Shown: positions 47,591 through 58,234, counted from the first letter of the stretch. The stretch: DNA of 64,000 nt from Dehalococcoidia bacterium (GCA_965219085.1 OZ244720.1:3215527-3279526); one strand, 5' to 3'. The notes: generated by a model from the letters alone, not told the origin. Made by a program: numbers and translations.

Positions 47591-48560
47591 TCAGACCGAA
47601 TCGACGAAGGGCTGGACCGCTTCGATCAAGCCGGGCGTGTTCTGCCCATGAACGTTATGTCCGCAGTCCGGCACCGTTACGAGCCGGCCCCGAGGTAGCG
47701 CCCCGACGAAGCGCTCCGCCCCCTCGACCGTCAGCACGTTCGAGTCGCCGCCGCGCACGACCAGCGCCGGCAGGTCGAACGCACGCACGGCGTCGAGGTC
47801 CGGTGCGCCCTCGATGCGGCCGTCCTCGCTGCGCTCGGCGCCCTCGCGGCGGAAGTCCGGGCTGTGTAGCAGCCGGTCGGACTTCGAGACGTACTTGCCG
47901 TCGGAGCGTTGCAGGAGGTTGTAGCGCACAGTGCGCGTGATGTGCTCGCGGCTGCGGTACGGGTCGTACGCCGTCACGCGCTCGATGAACGCGTCGAGGT
48001 CGTCGAACTCGACGTTCTGCTGCACGAACGCGCGGATCACGTCGGCGCCCTCGCCCGAGACCTCGGGTCCCACGTCGACGAAGACCGCCGGCGCGCGCGG
48101 CGGCCGGACGCTTGGCGAGCAGCGTCATCGTGACCATCCCGCCCATCGAGTGGCCGATCACGAGTGGGTGCTCGAGGTCCTGTTGGTCGATGAACGCGAG
48201 GGCGTCGGTCGCCATCGCCTGCACCGAGTAGTTGGCGTCGCGCGCCCACTCGCTGTCGCCGTGGCCGCGCTGGTCGAGCGCGAGCACGCGGTAGCGGTCG
48301 GCGAGGTGGAGGCTGACGAGGTCCCACGAGTGGGCGGTCTGGTTGCCGCCGTGCAGCAGCACGATCGGCGGCGCGTCGGGCTCGCCCCACTCGAGGAAGT
48401 GGAAGCGCTGTCGCCTGAGCACCGTGTTGCGGGAGAAATGACGAACCTCGGGATCATGGGAGATCCCGAGGTCCGATGCGCTTTCCAGGAGGGACTGCAG
48501 CTCGGGCGACGCGCTCAAGTCCAGCGGATCGAGATCCGCGGCGAACTCGCTGAGGTACAT
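47591..48560 (-). pseudogene. Alpha/beta hydrolase, frameshifted near 48090
   Basis: LLHGG, DQRGHGDS, GHSMGG nucleophile elbow in one frame; FVDVGP..VPDCGHNV continues in another frame. Confidence 0.85.
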
Positions 48561-48590
48561 CGCGCCGCCCGGGCCGCGCCGGACGAGGGC

Positions 48591-50891
48591 TTAGCCGTCC
48601 GGGTGCAGCTCGTCGAGGATCACGCCCGGGCTCGCCGGCAGGTGGTTCATGCGCGCACCCACGGCGTCCTTGATGGCGTTCGCGACCGCCGCCAGTGGCG
48701 GGATGATCGGCACCTCGCCAACCCCGCGCACGCCGTACGGGTGACCGGGGTTCGCCTTCTCGACGAGGATAATATCGATCATCGGAACGTCGAGCGCGGT
48801 CGGCATGCGGTAGTCGAGCAGGCTCGAGTTCTCCATGCGGCCGGTCTCGTCGAACACGTACTCCTCGGTCAGCGCCATGCCGATACCCTGGGCGACGCCG
48901 CCCTGGATCTGGCTCTCGACGTACGAGGGGTGCACCGCCGTGCCGACGTCCTGCACCGCCGTGTAGCGGAGGATGTCGACCTTGCCGGTCTCGGGGTCCA
49001 CCTCGACGTCGACGATGTTGCCGGCGAAGGCCGGGCCGACGGTCGTCGGCTTGGCGCTCGCCTTGCCCTGCACGAGCCCGCCGGTGGCGGACAGCTGTGC
49101 GGCAATCTCCTTGAAGGTGAACGTGCGCTCGTTGCCGTCCTCGTCGGCGGGGCCACGGAGGACGGCGTCGTCGCCGTAGGTCACGTCGTCGCGGTCGACC
49201 TCCCAGATCATCGCAGCACGCTCTTCGAGTTGCGCGCGGATGTCGAGCGCTGCGTCATGCACGGCCCAGCCCGTGGCGAAGGTCGTGCGGCTGCCGCCGG
49301 TCGTGCCGGTCCAGCCGATCGAGTCGGTGTCGACGATGGTCGGCTTCACGTCCTCGTACGGGATGCCGAGCGATTCGGCGTGCGTCATCGCCATCGCGGC
49401 GCGCTGGCCGCCGATGTCGACCGAGCCGAGCACCAGGCTGACGGTGCCGTCGGCGTTGACGTTCGCGTAGGCGGCGGACTCGTTGCCGCCGTTGAACCAG
49501 AAGCCCATGGCGACGCCGCGACCGCGGTTCTCGCCCGACAGCTCGGAGCGGTAGTGGTCGCTCTGCTGGATCGCCTCGATCACCTCGATGTTGCCGACGA
49601 CGCCGAAGGCGGCGCCGTCGACGCGGCGTGTGCCCTCAGTCGAGGCGTTCTGGAGCCGCAGCTCCATCGGATCCCTATCGAGGCGCTCGGCGAGCTCGTC
49701 GACGAGCGACTCGACGGCGAACTCAGACGCCGGAGCGCCGGGCGCGCGGTAGGCGGCGACCTGTGGCTTGTTGAGCACCACATCCCACGCCTCGACGCGC
49801 TGGTTGGGCACGTTGTAGGGGCCGAACGCGCAGCGCGCGCCGGCGACGTAGGGGGAGCCGGGGTAGGCGCCGGCCTCGTAGGCGAAGCTGCCCTCGATGG
49901 CGACGATGGTGCCGTCGGACTTCGCGCCGATGCGGGCGCGCGAGTACGTACCGGAGGTGGGGCCGCTGGCCTCCATCACCTCGGTGCGGGTCATGTTGAC
50001 CTTGACCGGGCGGTTCGTCTTCTGCGAAAGCAGCGCGGCGACAGGCTCCAGGTAGAGCTTGGTCTTGCCGCCGAAGCCGCCGCCGATCTCGGTCGGGATG
50101 ACCTTGATGCGCGACACCGGCAGTTCGAGCATGTCGGCCATCAGGTCGCGGATGCCGAAGGCGCCCTGCGTGGTGGTCCAGACGATCAGCTCGCCGTCGC
50201 GGTTCCACAGCGCGGTCGAGACGTGCGGCTCGATGTAGCCCTGGTGGGCCATCGTCGTGCTGAACTCGTCCTCGACGATGATGTCGGCCTCGGCGAAACC
50301 CGCCTCGACGTCGCCGATCGCGAGCTCGAGGTGCTTCGCGACGTTGGTGGGCCGCTCCATGGTGGTCTCACCGGCCGCGCCCATGACCGGCGTGATCAGC
50401 TCCTCGGTGCGCATGTCGTCGTGCAGCACCGGGGCCGCCTCGGTCATCGCCTCCTGCACGTCGAGCACCGTCGGCAGCTCCTCGTACTCGATCTCGATGA
50501 GGTCGAGGGCGTCCTCGGCGATGTGCTGGTCGGTGGCGCACACGGCGGCGACGGGGTGGCCCTGGTAGAGCACCTTGTCGATCGCGATGATGGCGCCACG
50601 GATCCACTTCAGCGGCGTGAGCCCCCGGATCGTCGGGACGATGCGCTCGCCGGGGTCGGGCAGGTCCTTGCCCGTGACCACCGCGAGCACGCCCGGCAGC
50701 GCCTCGGCCTTCGAGGTGTCGATGCTCAGAATGTTCCCGTGGGCGATCGGGCTGCGCTTCATGCGCCCGAACGCCATGCGCGGGAGGTTGACGTCCGCGC
50801 CGTACTCGGCGCGGCCCGTGACCTTGTCGGCGCCGTCCGGGCGGACGGGGCGGGTGCCGATGACCCGATACGGCTTGTCGGTAGCGACCAT
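48591..50891 (-). CDS. Xanthine dehydrogenase-family molybdopterin-binding subunit
   Basis: AHQGYIEPH, GGGFGGK, AYRAPG, SQIQGGVAQGIG, GVGEVP. Confidence 0.95.
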   Translation of the reverse strand: MVATDKPYRVIGTRPVRPDGADKVTGRAEYGADVNLPRMAFGRMKRSPIAHGNILSIDTSKAEALPGVLAVVTGKDLPDPGERIVPTIRGLTPLKWIRGAIIAIDKVLYQGHPVAAVCATDQHIAEDALDLIEIEYEELPTVLDVQEAMTEAAPVLHDDMRTEELITPVMGAAGETTMERPTNVAKHLELAIGDVEAGFAEADIIVEDEFSTTMAHQGYIEPHVSTALWNRDGELIVWTTTQGAFGIRDLMADMLELPVSRIKVIPTEIGGGFGGKTKLYLEPVAALLSQKTNRPVKVNMTRTEVMEASGPTSGTYSRARIGAKSDGTIVAIEGSFAYEAGAYPGSPYVAGARCAFGPYNVPNQRVEAWDVVLNKPQVAAYRAPGAPASEFAVESLVDELAERLDRDPMELRLQNASTEGTRRVDGAAFGVVGNIEVIEAIQQSDHYRSELSGENRGRGVAMGFWFNGGNESAAYANVNADGTVSLVLGSVDIGGQRAAMAMTHAESLGIPYEDVKPTIVDTDSIGWTGTTGGSRTTFATGWAVHDAALDIRAQLEERAAMIWEVDRDDVTYGDDAVLRGPADEDGNERTFTFKEIAAQLSATGGLVQGKASAKPTTVGPAFAGNIVDVEVDPETGKVDILRYTAVQDVGTAVHPSYVESQIQGGVAQGIGMALTEEYVFDETGRMENSSLLDYRMPTALDVPMIDIILVEKANPGHPYGVRGVGEVPIIPPLAAVANAIKDAVGARMNHLPASPGVILDELHPDG

Positions 50892-50969
50892 GCCGGTGAT
50901 CTCCTTCGCGTATGCTTGCGTTGTTGCGGCATTGTAGCGGAAACGTCCGCTACCGCCGTGACGACCTCG

Positions 50970-52694
50970 TTAACTCCCCTGCGGCAGCACCCACACCAGC
51001 AGCGCCGAGGGGTGACCGGCGTCGTGCAGCACCTGCTGCACAGCGGGACGCGTCTCCACCGCGCTCCAGCCTGGCTCGCCCGTGTTCGGGTTCGCGTCGA
51101 AGCGCGGGAAGTTCGAGCTCGACACCTCGACGCGCAGTTGGTGCCCCGCCGCGAAGCGGTGGGCGACGCTCGACAGCTCGATCTCGTAGCGCGCGGGCTC
51201 ACCCGGCGTGACCGGCGAGGGTTCGGCCAGCGAGTCACGGAAGCTCGCGCGACGGATGCCGTCGCAGAGCCCGAGCGCGCGCCCGTCAGGCGACACGTCG
51301 ACGAGCTTCGCGGTCCAGTCCGTGTCGGGCGCGTCGGTGACTGCCCAGACCTCGGCGACGACGGGGCCCGCGACGTCCAGCGGCTCGCGCAGCGGCTCGC
51401 TCGTGTAGCACAGCACGTCGTCGCGCATCTCGACGACGCGCTGGTCGCGCGGGCCCGGCTGCCCGACGGGGAGTTGGAGCAGGCAGCCGCCCTCGGTCGG
51501 CACGGGGCGCTCCGGGTCGTACACGTAGCGGTCGGCGGGCTCGCCGGCGTCGGGCGCGGCCTCGGTCAGCTCGCCGTCGCCGCGCACGCTGTTGGCCGCA
51601 CCGCCCGAGCGCAGGTGCAGGCGCAGCTCGGTCGCGTCCGGGGGTGGCCACGCGTCGGCGTCGCGCCACTCGTTGGCGCCCATCAGGAAATAGCGCACGA
51701 CGGGATCGTGCGCGGGCGCGTCGACGCCCATCAGGTGCTCGTCGAAGAAGCGCTTGTACGCCTCGACCACGCCCGAGAAGAGCGCCGGGCCGGTCGGCCC
51801 GAAGTCGACCTCGCCGTGGTAACGCTCGTACGAGGTGTGCGACCACGGCCCCATCCACAGTCGTTGCGGCGTCTTGCCGAGCTCGTGCAGACCGACGAAG
51901 TTGCGGATCGTGCCGATGGCGAACAGGTCGAACCACCCGCCGACGTGCATGACCGGCACGTCGAAGTCCGCGTAGTCGCGCGACAGCCGGAGGCCGTCCC
52001 AGAACTCGTCCAGGGTGTCGTGCTCGAGCCACTCGGCCCACCACGGCGCGACGCCGGGCTCCGACAGCCCGGGCATCTCGACGAGCGGGCGGTGAGCCAT
52101 CGCCGCGCCCGGATTGGCGGCAGCCGCCATGAGCCCCGCGCGCTCCTCGTCGCCGATGCCGTGGTCGGCGCGCAGCAGCTGCGCGGCGGCGAGCCCGAGG
52201 CCCCAGGAGGCGCTGAAGCCGAGCTGGAACGCGCCGCCGTAGTGCGTCCAGTCGTCGTAGTAGTCGCTCGCGGTGATGATCGAGACGGCGCAGCGCAGCG
52301 ACGGCGGACGCTCGCGCGTCGCCAGCATCGTCGTCGCGCCGAAGTAGGAGGCGCCGAAGATGCCGACGTCGCCGTTGCAGAAGTCCTGCGCGGCGAGCCA
52401 CTCGACGGTGTCGTAGCCGTCGGCGCCCTCGTCCACGAAGGGGTGGAACTCGCCCTGCGAGGAGAAGCGACCGCGCGTGTCGGTCACGAGCACGGCGTAG
52501 CCGCCCTCGGCGAGCTTGAGCGGGAGCGGCATCGAGCGCAGGCCGCCGTAGCCCTCCTTGTCGTAGGGCGTGCGGCTGACGATGCCCGGCGCCGGCGCGC
52601 CGCCGGCGGGCCGGTAGAGGTCGCCGTAGGTCTCGACGCCGTCGCGCATCGGTACGGTCACGTTCTTCTCGACGAGTACGTTGGCGGGCGCCAT
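50970..52694 (-). CDS. CocE/NonD family hydrolase
   Basis: VPMRDGV, RTPY, DTRGRFSSQG, GASYFG, GGWFDLF, SSNFPRFD. Confidence 0.95.
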   Translation of the reverse strand: MAPANVLVEKNVTVPMRDGVETYGDLYRPAGGAPAPGIVSRTPYDKEGYGGLRSMPLPLKLAEGGYAVLVTDTRGRFSSQGEFHPFVDEGADGYDTVEWLAAQDFCNGDVGIFGASYFGATTMLATRERPPSLRCAVSIITASDYYDDWTHYGGAFQLGFSASWGLGLAAAQLLRADHGIGDEERAGLMAAAANPGAAMAHRPLVEMPGLSEPGVAPWWAEWLEHDTLDEFWDGLRLSRDYADFDVPVMHVGGWFDLFAIGTIRNFVGLHELGKTPQRLWMGPWSHTSYERYHGEVDFGPTGPALFSGVVEAYKRFFDEHLMGVDAPAHDPVVRYFLMGANEWRDADAWPPPDATELRLHLRSGGAANSVRGDGELTEAAPDAGEPADRYVYDPERPVPTEGGCLLQLPVGQPGPRDQRVVEMRDDVLCYTSEPLREPLDVAGPVVAEVWAVTDAPDTDWTAKLVDVSPDGRALGLCDGIRRASFRDSLAEPSPVTPGEPARYEIELSSVAHRFAAGHQLRVEVSSSNFPRFDANPNTGEPGWSAVETRPAVQQVLHDAGHPSALLVWVLPQGS

Positions 52695-52763
52695 CGCGGC
52701 CTCCGTTCGGTGGTGCTGTCCCGGGTGGCGCGGGGAGCATAGCGCGCCGCCTCGGCGGCCACA

Positions 52764-52815
52764 TTGCCGGGCCGCCGCGTTGCCAGGGGGCCGCGTTGCC
52801 GGGCCCCGCGTTGCT
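52764..52815. repeat. Short tandem repeat (15-16 bp period) in divergent intergenic region
   Basis: CCGCGTTGC x3 at 52775, 52791 and 52806; TTGC at 52764, 52780, 52796 and 52811. Confidence 0.7.
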
Positions 52816-52870
52816 GGTGGGACAGGCGCTGGGGTAGCGTGCGCGCGAACAGCACCAAAGGAGCGTCGAG

Positions 52871-53650
52871 ATGGCCTACGAAGCAGAGTTCGTCAACTAC
52901 AGCGTGGAGGGCCACGTCGCGACGATCGCGATGAACCGCCCCGAGCGGCTCAACGCCTACGGCGCGCAGCTGCGCGAGGACATGACCGGCGCGTGGGCGG
53001 AGGCGGTTGCCGACGACGACGTGCGGGTCATCATCCTCACCGGCGAGGGGCGCATCTTCTGCGCGGGCCGCGACATCCGCGAGCAGGCCGAGCGCGGCGG
53101 CGCCGCGCCAGCGCCGGCGGCGCCCGGGAACCTCAACTACTTCGGCGTGCCGGACACGGACAAGCCGATCATCGCCGCCGTGCGCGGCGGCGCGTGGGGC
53201 CAGGGCTGGTTCATGGCCTGCGGCTCCGACATCGTGATCGCGGCCGACGACGCGCGCTTCGCGATGTCCGAGGTGCCGACGGGCATCATCGGTCCGGCGT
53301 TCATCCCGCTGAAGATGAACATCCCGTGGCTGGTCGGCTCGGAGATCGTCCTGCGGGGCCACCAGATCTCCGCGCAGAGCGCCTACGACGCCGGACTCCT
53401 CAACCACGTGGTGCCGAGCGACCAGGTGATGACGCTGGCGCGCGAGATCGCGCAGGAGATCGCCGCCCTGCCGCCCCGGCACGTCCAGGTCACGAAGCGC
53501 CAGCTCGCGATGGCGCGGCCCGAGCCCTCGCACTACCAGTCCGAGGTCGCGTTCGGGCAGGGCCGTGACGAGCTCATGGCCCTCGACGACACGCGCGAGG
53601 CGGCGCAGGCGTTCGCCGAGAAGCGCACCCCGGTCTTCCAGGGCCGGTAG
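52871..53650 (+). CDS. Enoyl-CoA hydratase/isomerase
   Basis: MNRPERLNA, FCAGRD, FAMSEVPTG, FAEKRTPVF. Confidence 0.93.
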   Translation: MAYEAEFVNYSVEGHVATIAMNRPERLNAYGAQLREDMTGAWAEAVADDDVRVIILTGEGRIFCAGRDIREQAERGGAAPAPAAPGNLNYFGVPDTDKPIIAAVRGGAWGQGWFMACGSDIVIAADDARFAMSEVPTGIIGPAFIPLKMNIPWLVGSEIVLRGHQISAQSAYDAGLLNHVVPSDQVMTLAREIAQEIAALPPRHVQVTKRQLAMARPEPSHYQSEVAFGQGRDELMALDDTREAAQAFAEKRTPVFQGR

Positions 53651-53679
53651 CCGCGACGCGCCACGGGACGCCTCGCCGG

Positions 53680-55550
53680 TCAGTAATACCGGAACGCGTG
53701 GCCGAAATGCGCGATGTCGCCCCAGCACACGACATCGCCATCGACGGCGATGCCGCACGTGCGGGATTCGCTGGCGCTGATCGAGATGTAGCGGGCGGGC
53801 GGCGGCTCGGTCTGGCCGGCGTCCCACCCCGCCGGTGAGCCCCAGCACACAGCCTCGCCCTCCACGGTGACGGCGCACACGTAGCCCCAGCCGGTGTCGA
53901 TGGCGCTGTATCGGCCGGGGGGCACGTCGAGTTGTCCGTCGCTGTTATCGCCCAGCACATTGCCTCGCCGGCTTCGGTCAGTGCGCAGGTCGTCCGGTAG
54001 CCGGCGCTGATCGCGGCAAAGCGACCCGGAGGCGGGTCGTTCTGGCCGTAAGCGTCAGACGTCCGGGGGCGCCCCCAGCAGACTGCATCCCCGTCTTCGG
54101 TGAGCGCGCAGGTGTGTTGCCAGCCCGCGCTGATGGCCGCGTAGTGACCTGCGGGAGGATCCGCCTGGTCCTGACGGATTCCTCCCCAGCAGACAGCTTC
54201 GCCTTCGAGCGAGAGGGCACAGGTATGGAGCGGCCCGACGCTCATCGCTGCATACTGCCCCGGTGGAGCGTCGGTCTGGCCCGACCGGCCAGCTCCCCAG
54301 CAGACAGCCTCACCCGTTTGGGTCAAGGCGCACGTGTGCTCATCCCCCACGCCGATCGCGGTGTAGGAGCCCCGCGGAGCCTCTGACTGACCGGCGAAGT
54401 TCGATCCCCAGCAGCCGACCCGTCCGTCCTCCCCGAGCGCACACGTATGAGACGCCCCGTCACTGACGTCGCGGTAACGCCCCGACACTAGTTCCCCGGC
54501 GAAAGGGCGCACCTTGCCGACCGGTCGCCAGCACTCCGCCTCACCGGCCTCTGACAAGGCGCACGCAAAGGAGTCTCCTACACTGATGGCCTTGTAGCGA
54601 TCGGAGCCTGAGCCGGGCCGCCGAAGTTCCGTGTCGAGGCCACCCCAGCACTCGATCGCACCATCCTCCGTAAGTGCGCACCCGTAGGGCCCAGACACAT
54701 CGAGGGCGACGTACGTCTCGCTGGCCAGTCGGGCGGAGAGCCCACCGCCCTCCCCTACGTCGAGGCACTCGATGGCGCCGTCTGCCGTGAGTGCGCAGAT
54801 GTGGGACATCGACCTCCCCCCGGAGCTGCCGTGGGCGACGCTGACCGTCGTATACACATCCGGAGGGAAGGCCGCGGAGGTATACGCACCCGAAGCGAAG
54901 GCGGGGTAGCCGTCGATGCCGCCATACCCTTCCCAACAGACGACGGATCGCTCAACAGTGAGCCCGCACCCGTGGACCCGACTGACATCGATGGCGGCCC
55001 ACGCCCCCGGGGGCGCAATCGCGATCTCGGAACCAACCTCGTCCCAGCAGAAGGCCTCGCCGGCGCGACTCACGGCGCAGCCACCCCAGTTGCTCACGGC
55101 AATCGAGACAAAGTGCTCCTCTGGTGCATCGGACGGCGTGCTACCTGAGCCCCAGCAGACGATCTCGCCGCCCTCGGAGAGCGCGCACGTGGTCAGAGTT
55201 CCGCCGGCATCGATGGCCGTATAGCGCCCAGGTGGCGCGCCTCTCTGCCCGTACCAGTTGCCGCCGCCCCAGCACACCACCTCAGCGTCCTCGGTGATCG
55301 CGCAGGCGTGGTCCCAGCCGTGGCTGATCGTCGTGTAGCGGCCGGGCGGCTCGTCGAGCGTCACCCACTGCATCGGTGTCCCAGTGGGGATGGGCGTCGC
55401 GGTCGGGGTCTGCATGCTTGCCGCGGCGGGCGAAGCCTCGGCCGTCGCTGCGGGAGTCGTGGCTGGTGGTGTGTCCTCCGCGCGCTCGCACGCGAGGCCT
55501 GCGAGCGCCAGGACCATCGCCGTAGCCAGCGCCACCGCCCGTGCGCGCAT
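53680..55550 (-). CDS. RCC1/BLIP-II-like repeat lipoprotein (14 repeats), one frameshift near 53952
   Basis: Lipobox GLAC; repeats of Y.AIS.G..HTCAL...G...CWG...GQ..PP; TGGG where TGG GGC is needed joins the last two repeats. Confidence 0.88.
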
Positions 55551-55645
55551 CCGCACCACCCTCACCCCGCCACGCGCCGACGCCGATGCTACAGTCGCGG
55601 CAACATCGCGCGCTCGGTGACAGTACGCGTGAGGACGCCGGACGG

Positions 55646-56491
55646 ATGCCGCCACTTGATCCTCGATCGACCTTCGGCGCCCCGCCCGCTGTACGCGCTC
55701 CGGGCCCGCTGCGCCGCGCCGCCCGCCGCTGGCTGCCGCGGCGCCTGCGTGCCGAGGTCGCGATCGCCCGCCGGCATCTGCGCGACCGTCGCGGCCGCGA
55801 CGCGTTCGCCACGCGCCGCGGCGACCCCTCGGCCTTCCCGCATCGCTTCGAGGGCTACGCGTTGCCGATGATCATCTACCCCGGCCAGGAGCACCTCGCC
55901 CAGGGCAAGCGCCACAACCAGCGCTTGCTGGCCCAGGCGCTGGACGGCGTGCGCGTCGAGCCGGGCGAGGTGCTGTCGCTGTGGCGCTGCGCGGGGCGGC
56001 CGAGCGCGCGCCGCGGCTACCTGCCCGGCGCGGCCATCGTCGCCGGCGAGCTCACCAGCGAGGACGGCGGCGCCACCTGCCAGCTCTCGACCGTGCTCTA
56101 CAACGCCGGCCTGCTCGCCGGCCTCGACGTCGTCGAGCGCCACGCCCACTCGGTCGACGTGTACGGCGAGGCGCGCTACTTCGAGCCGGGGCGCGACGCG
56201 ACCATCGAGTACGGCGTGCTCGACGTGCGCTTCCGCAACCCCCACCCGTTCGCCGTGCTGCTCGAGCTCAGGGCCGACGACGACCGCGTCGCCGCCGCGT
56301 TCCGTGCGCCGGTCGGCGACCTCCCGGCCGTCGCGATTACGGCGGAGCGGTTGCCTGTCGACGGGGGTGCGTGGCGGGCGCGCACGTTGCGCACGATCAC
56401 CCCACCAGGCACCCCACCAGGCACCCCGCCGGGCAGCGAGTCACGCCGCGAGGACCTCGGCTGGTCGGTCTACCGCGCAGGCGACAGCTAG
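55646..56491 (+). CDS. VanW family protein
   Basis: GGATCQLSTVLYNA, ERHAHS, GRDATI..G..DVRFRN; TPPG x3 near the C-terminus. Confidence 0.88.
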   Translation: MPPLDPRSTFGAPPAVRAPGPLRRAARRWLPRRLRAEVAIARRHLRDRRGRDAFATRRGDPSAFPHRFEGYALPMIIYPGQEHLAQGKRHNQRLLAQALDGVRVEPGEVLSLWRCAGRPSARRGYLPGAAIVAGELTSEDGGATCQLSTVLYNAGLLAGLDVVERHAHSVDVYGEARYFEPGRDATIEYGVLDVRFRNPHPFAVLLELRADDDRVAAAFRAPVGDLPAVAITAERLPVDGGAWRARTLRTITPPGTPPGTPPGSESRREDLGWSVYRAGDS

Positions 56492-56703
56492 AGTCGCACT
56501 TCAGCGACGGCGTACGGGCCCAGGCTGCCCCTGAGCGTCCGGGCCGCTACAATCGCCCCGGCGCCGCACGGTGCGGCGCCGCAATCGACCCGCCCGTCCC
56601 GGGCCTTTCTGTGCGTCCCGCCCCGCGGCGGATGCCCCACATCCACGGAGATGGCGGGGTACGCCCCGCGGCCGCGGAGGCGCGGCCGCACGAGGTAACA
56701 ACG

Positions 56704-58212
56704 ATGACCGAAGCCCCCCTGGGCGAACACCCCCTCGAACCGATCTTTCACCCGCGCTCGATCGCGATCGTCGGGGTCTCGCGCGATGGCCCCGGGCGGC
56801 GCCGGAGCGGCTTCCTGGCATCGCTCATGGAGCACGGCTACCACGAGTCGCGGCCGCTCTACCCCGTCAACCCCAACGCCGACACCATCGCCGGGCTGCG
56901 CGCCTACCCCTCCATCCGCGACATCGAGGGACCGGTCGACCACGTGATCTCGTCCGTGCCGGCGTCGGTCGCCCCCTCGCTCGTCGACGACGCGATCGCC
57001 AAGGGCGTGCGCTCGATTCACTTCTACACCGCCGGCTTCGCCGAGATCGGCGACCCCGAGCTGGCGCGCCAGCAGCACGAAATCATCGGCCGCGCCACGG
57101 CCGCGGGCATCCGCGTGCTCGGCCCCAACTGCATGGGGCTCTACGTGCCGTCCGAGCAGATCTCGTTCCAGGGCGAGTTCCCGACCGAGCCGGGCAACGT
57201 GATGGTGATCTCGCAGTCCGGCGGCAACTCGATGGACATCGTCCACGGCCTCGCCAAGCGCGGCGTGCGCTTCTCGCGCGCCGTCTCCTTCGGCAACGGC
57301 GAGGACATCGACGCCGCCGACCTCTTCGACTACGCCGCCGCCGACCCCGGCAGCGAGTACGTCGTCGCCTACCTCGAGAGCTCGGCGCGCGGCCGCCAGA
57401 TGTTCGAGGCGCTCCAGCGCTGCGCGCGCGTCAAGCCGACGATCGTGCTCAAGGGCGGCATGACCGGCGCGGGCGGCCGCGCCGCCAGCTCGCACACCGG
57501 CGCGCTGGCCGGCTCGCGCGAGGTCTTCGAGGCGATGTGCCGCCAGACCGGCGCCATGCTCGCCGAGACGATGGAGGAGCTGCACGACCTGCTCATCGGC
57601 GTCACCACCAACACGCGCCTCGTGCGCGGCGAGCGCGCGCTGCTGCTCGGCGGCGGGGGCGGCTTCTCGGTGCTTGCCGCCGACGTGATCGCCCGCTCCG
57701 GCCTCGACCTGCCGCTGCTCGACGACGAGACGACCGCACGGCTGCGCGAGCTGATGCCGGTGGCCGGCAACTCGATCCGCAACCCGATCGACGCCAGCCA
57801 CTTCCAGACCGGTGACGACCGCGGCGAGGCCTACCGCACCCTGCTCGACATCGGCGCGCATGTGCGCGACCTCGACGTGCTGCTCGTGATGGCGGGAGGC
57901 CCGCCCGACTTCTCTCCGCGCTCTCTCGCCGAGCAGCGCGACCCGGACTACGCGCGCGAGCGCGACGAGCGCCGCCGCCGCTCGGACCGCCGCGCGATCG
58001 AGCAGCTGATCGAGCTGCAGGAGTCGAGCCACCACCCCGTGGTCGCGCTGCGCCGCGACCGGATGGGCCAGCCCGAGCTCGACGACGACGTGCTGACCGA
58101 GGCCTACGCGCACGGCCTCGGCGTCTTCCACACCGTCCAGCGCGCCGCGCGCACGGTCGCGCGGCTGCTGGAGTGGCGGCGCCAGCGCGAGGGCCTGCCC
58201 GAGCTGTTCTAG
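56704..58212 (+). CDS. CoA-binding protein / NDP-forming acyl-CoA ligase alpha-type subunit
   Basis: PRSIAIVG, YPVNP, LGPNCMG, SQSGG, SSHTGALAG phospho-His motif, NPID. Confidence 0.92.
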   Translation: MTEAPLGEHPLEPIFHPRSIAIVGVSRDGPGRRRSGFLASLMEHGYHESRPLYPVNPNADTIAGLRAYPSIRDIEGPVDHVISSVPASVAPSLVDDAIAKGVRSIHFYTAGFAEIGDPELARQQHEIIGRATAAGIRVLGPNCMGLYVPSEQISFQGEFPTEPGNVMVISQSGGNSMDIVHGLAKRGVRFSRAVSFGNGEDIDAADLFDYAAADPGSEYVVAYLESSARGRQMFEALQRCARVKPTIVLKGGMTGAGGRAASSHTGALAGSREVFEAMCRQTGAMLAETMEELHDLLIGVTTNTRLVRGERALLLGGGGGFSVLAADVIARSGLDLPLLDDETTARLRELMPVAGNSIRNPIDASHFQTGDDRGEAYRTLLDIGAHVRDLDVLLVMAGGPPDFSPRSLAEQRDPDYARERDERRRRSDRRAIEQLIELQESSHHPVVALRRDRMGQPELDDDVLTEAYAHGLGVFHTVQRAARTVARLLEWRRQREGLPELF

Positions 58213-58234
58213 CGCCGGCCGACGGCCTCGGCCA

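Noticed and set aside
48591-50891. Aerobic CO dehydrogenase CoxL
   Set aside because: Lacks AYxCSFR (form I) and AYRGAGR (form II); no coxM/S adjacent.
47931-52742. 1603-aa plus-strand ORF (and similar long ORFs at 116, 1521, 19292, 28159 N-part, 56488)
   Set aside because: Antisense or alternate-frame shadows of clear genes in high-GC DNA; no motifs, and Arg/Ala/Gly-rich composition.
52764-56430. CRISPR-like arrays at 52764, in the RCC1 gene and at the 12-bp repeats near 56400
   Set aside because: No unique spacers of constant length and no cas genes; these are VNTR or coding repeats.
55646-56491. Vancomycin resistance locus
   Set aside because: VanW alone, with no vanHAX/RS; the family is widespread and its function unclear.
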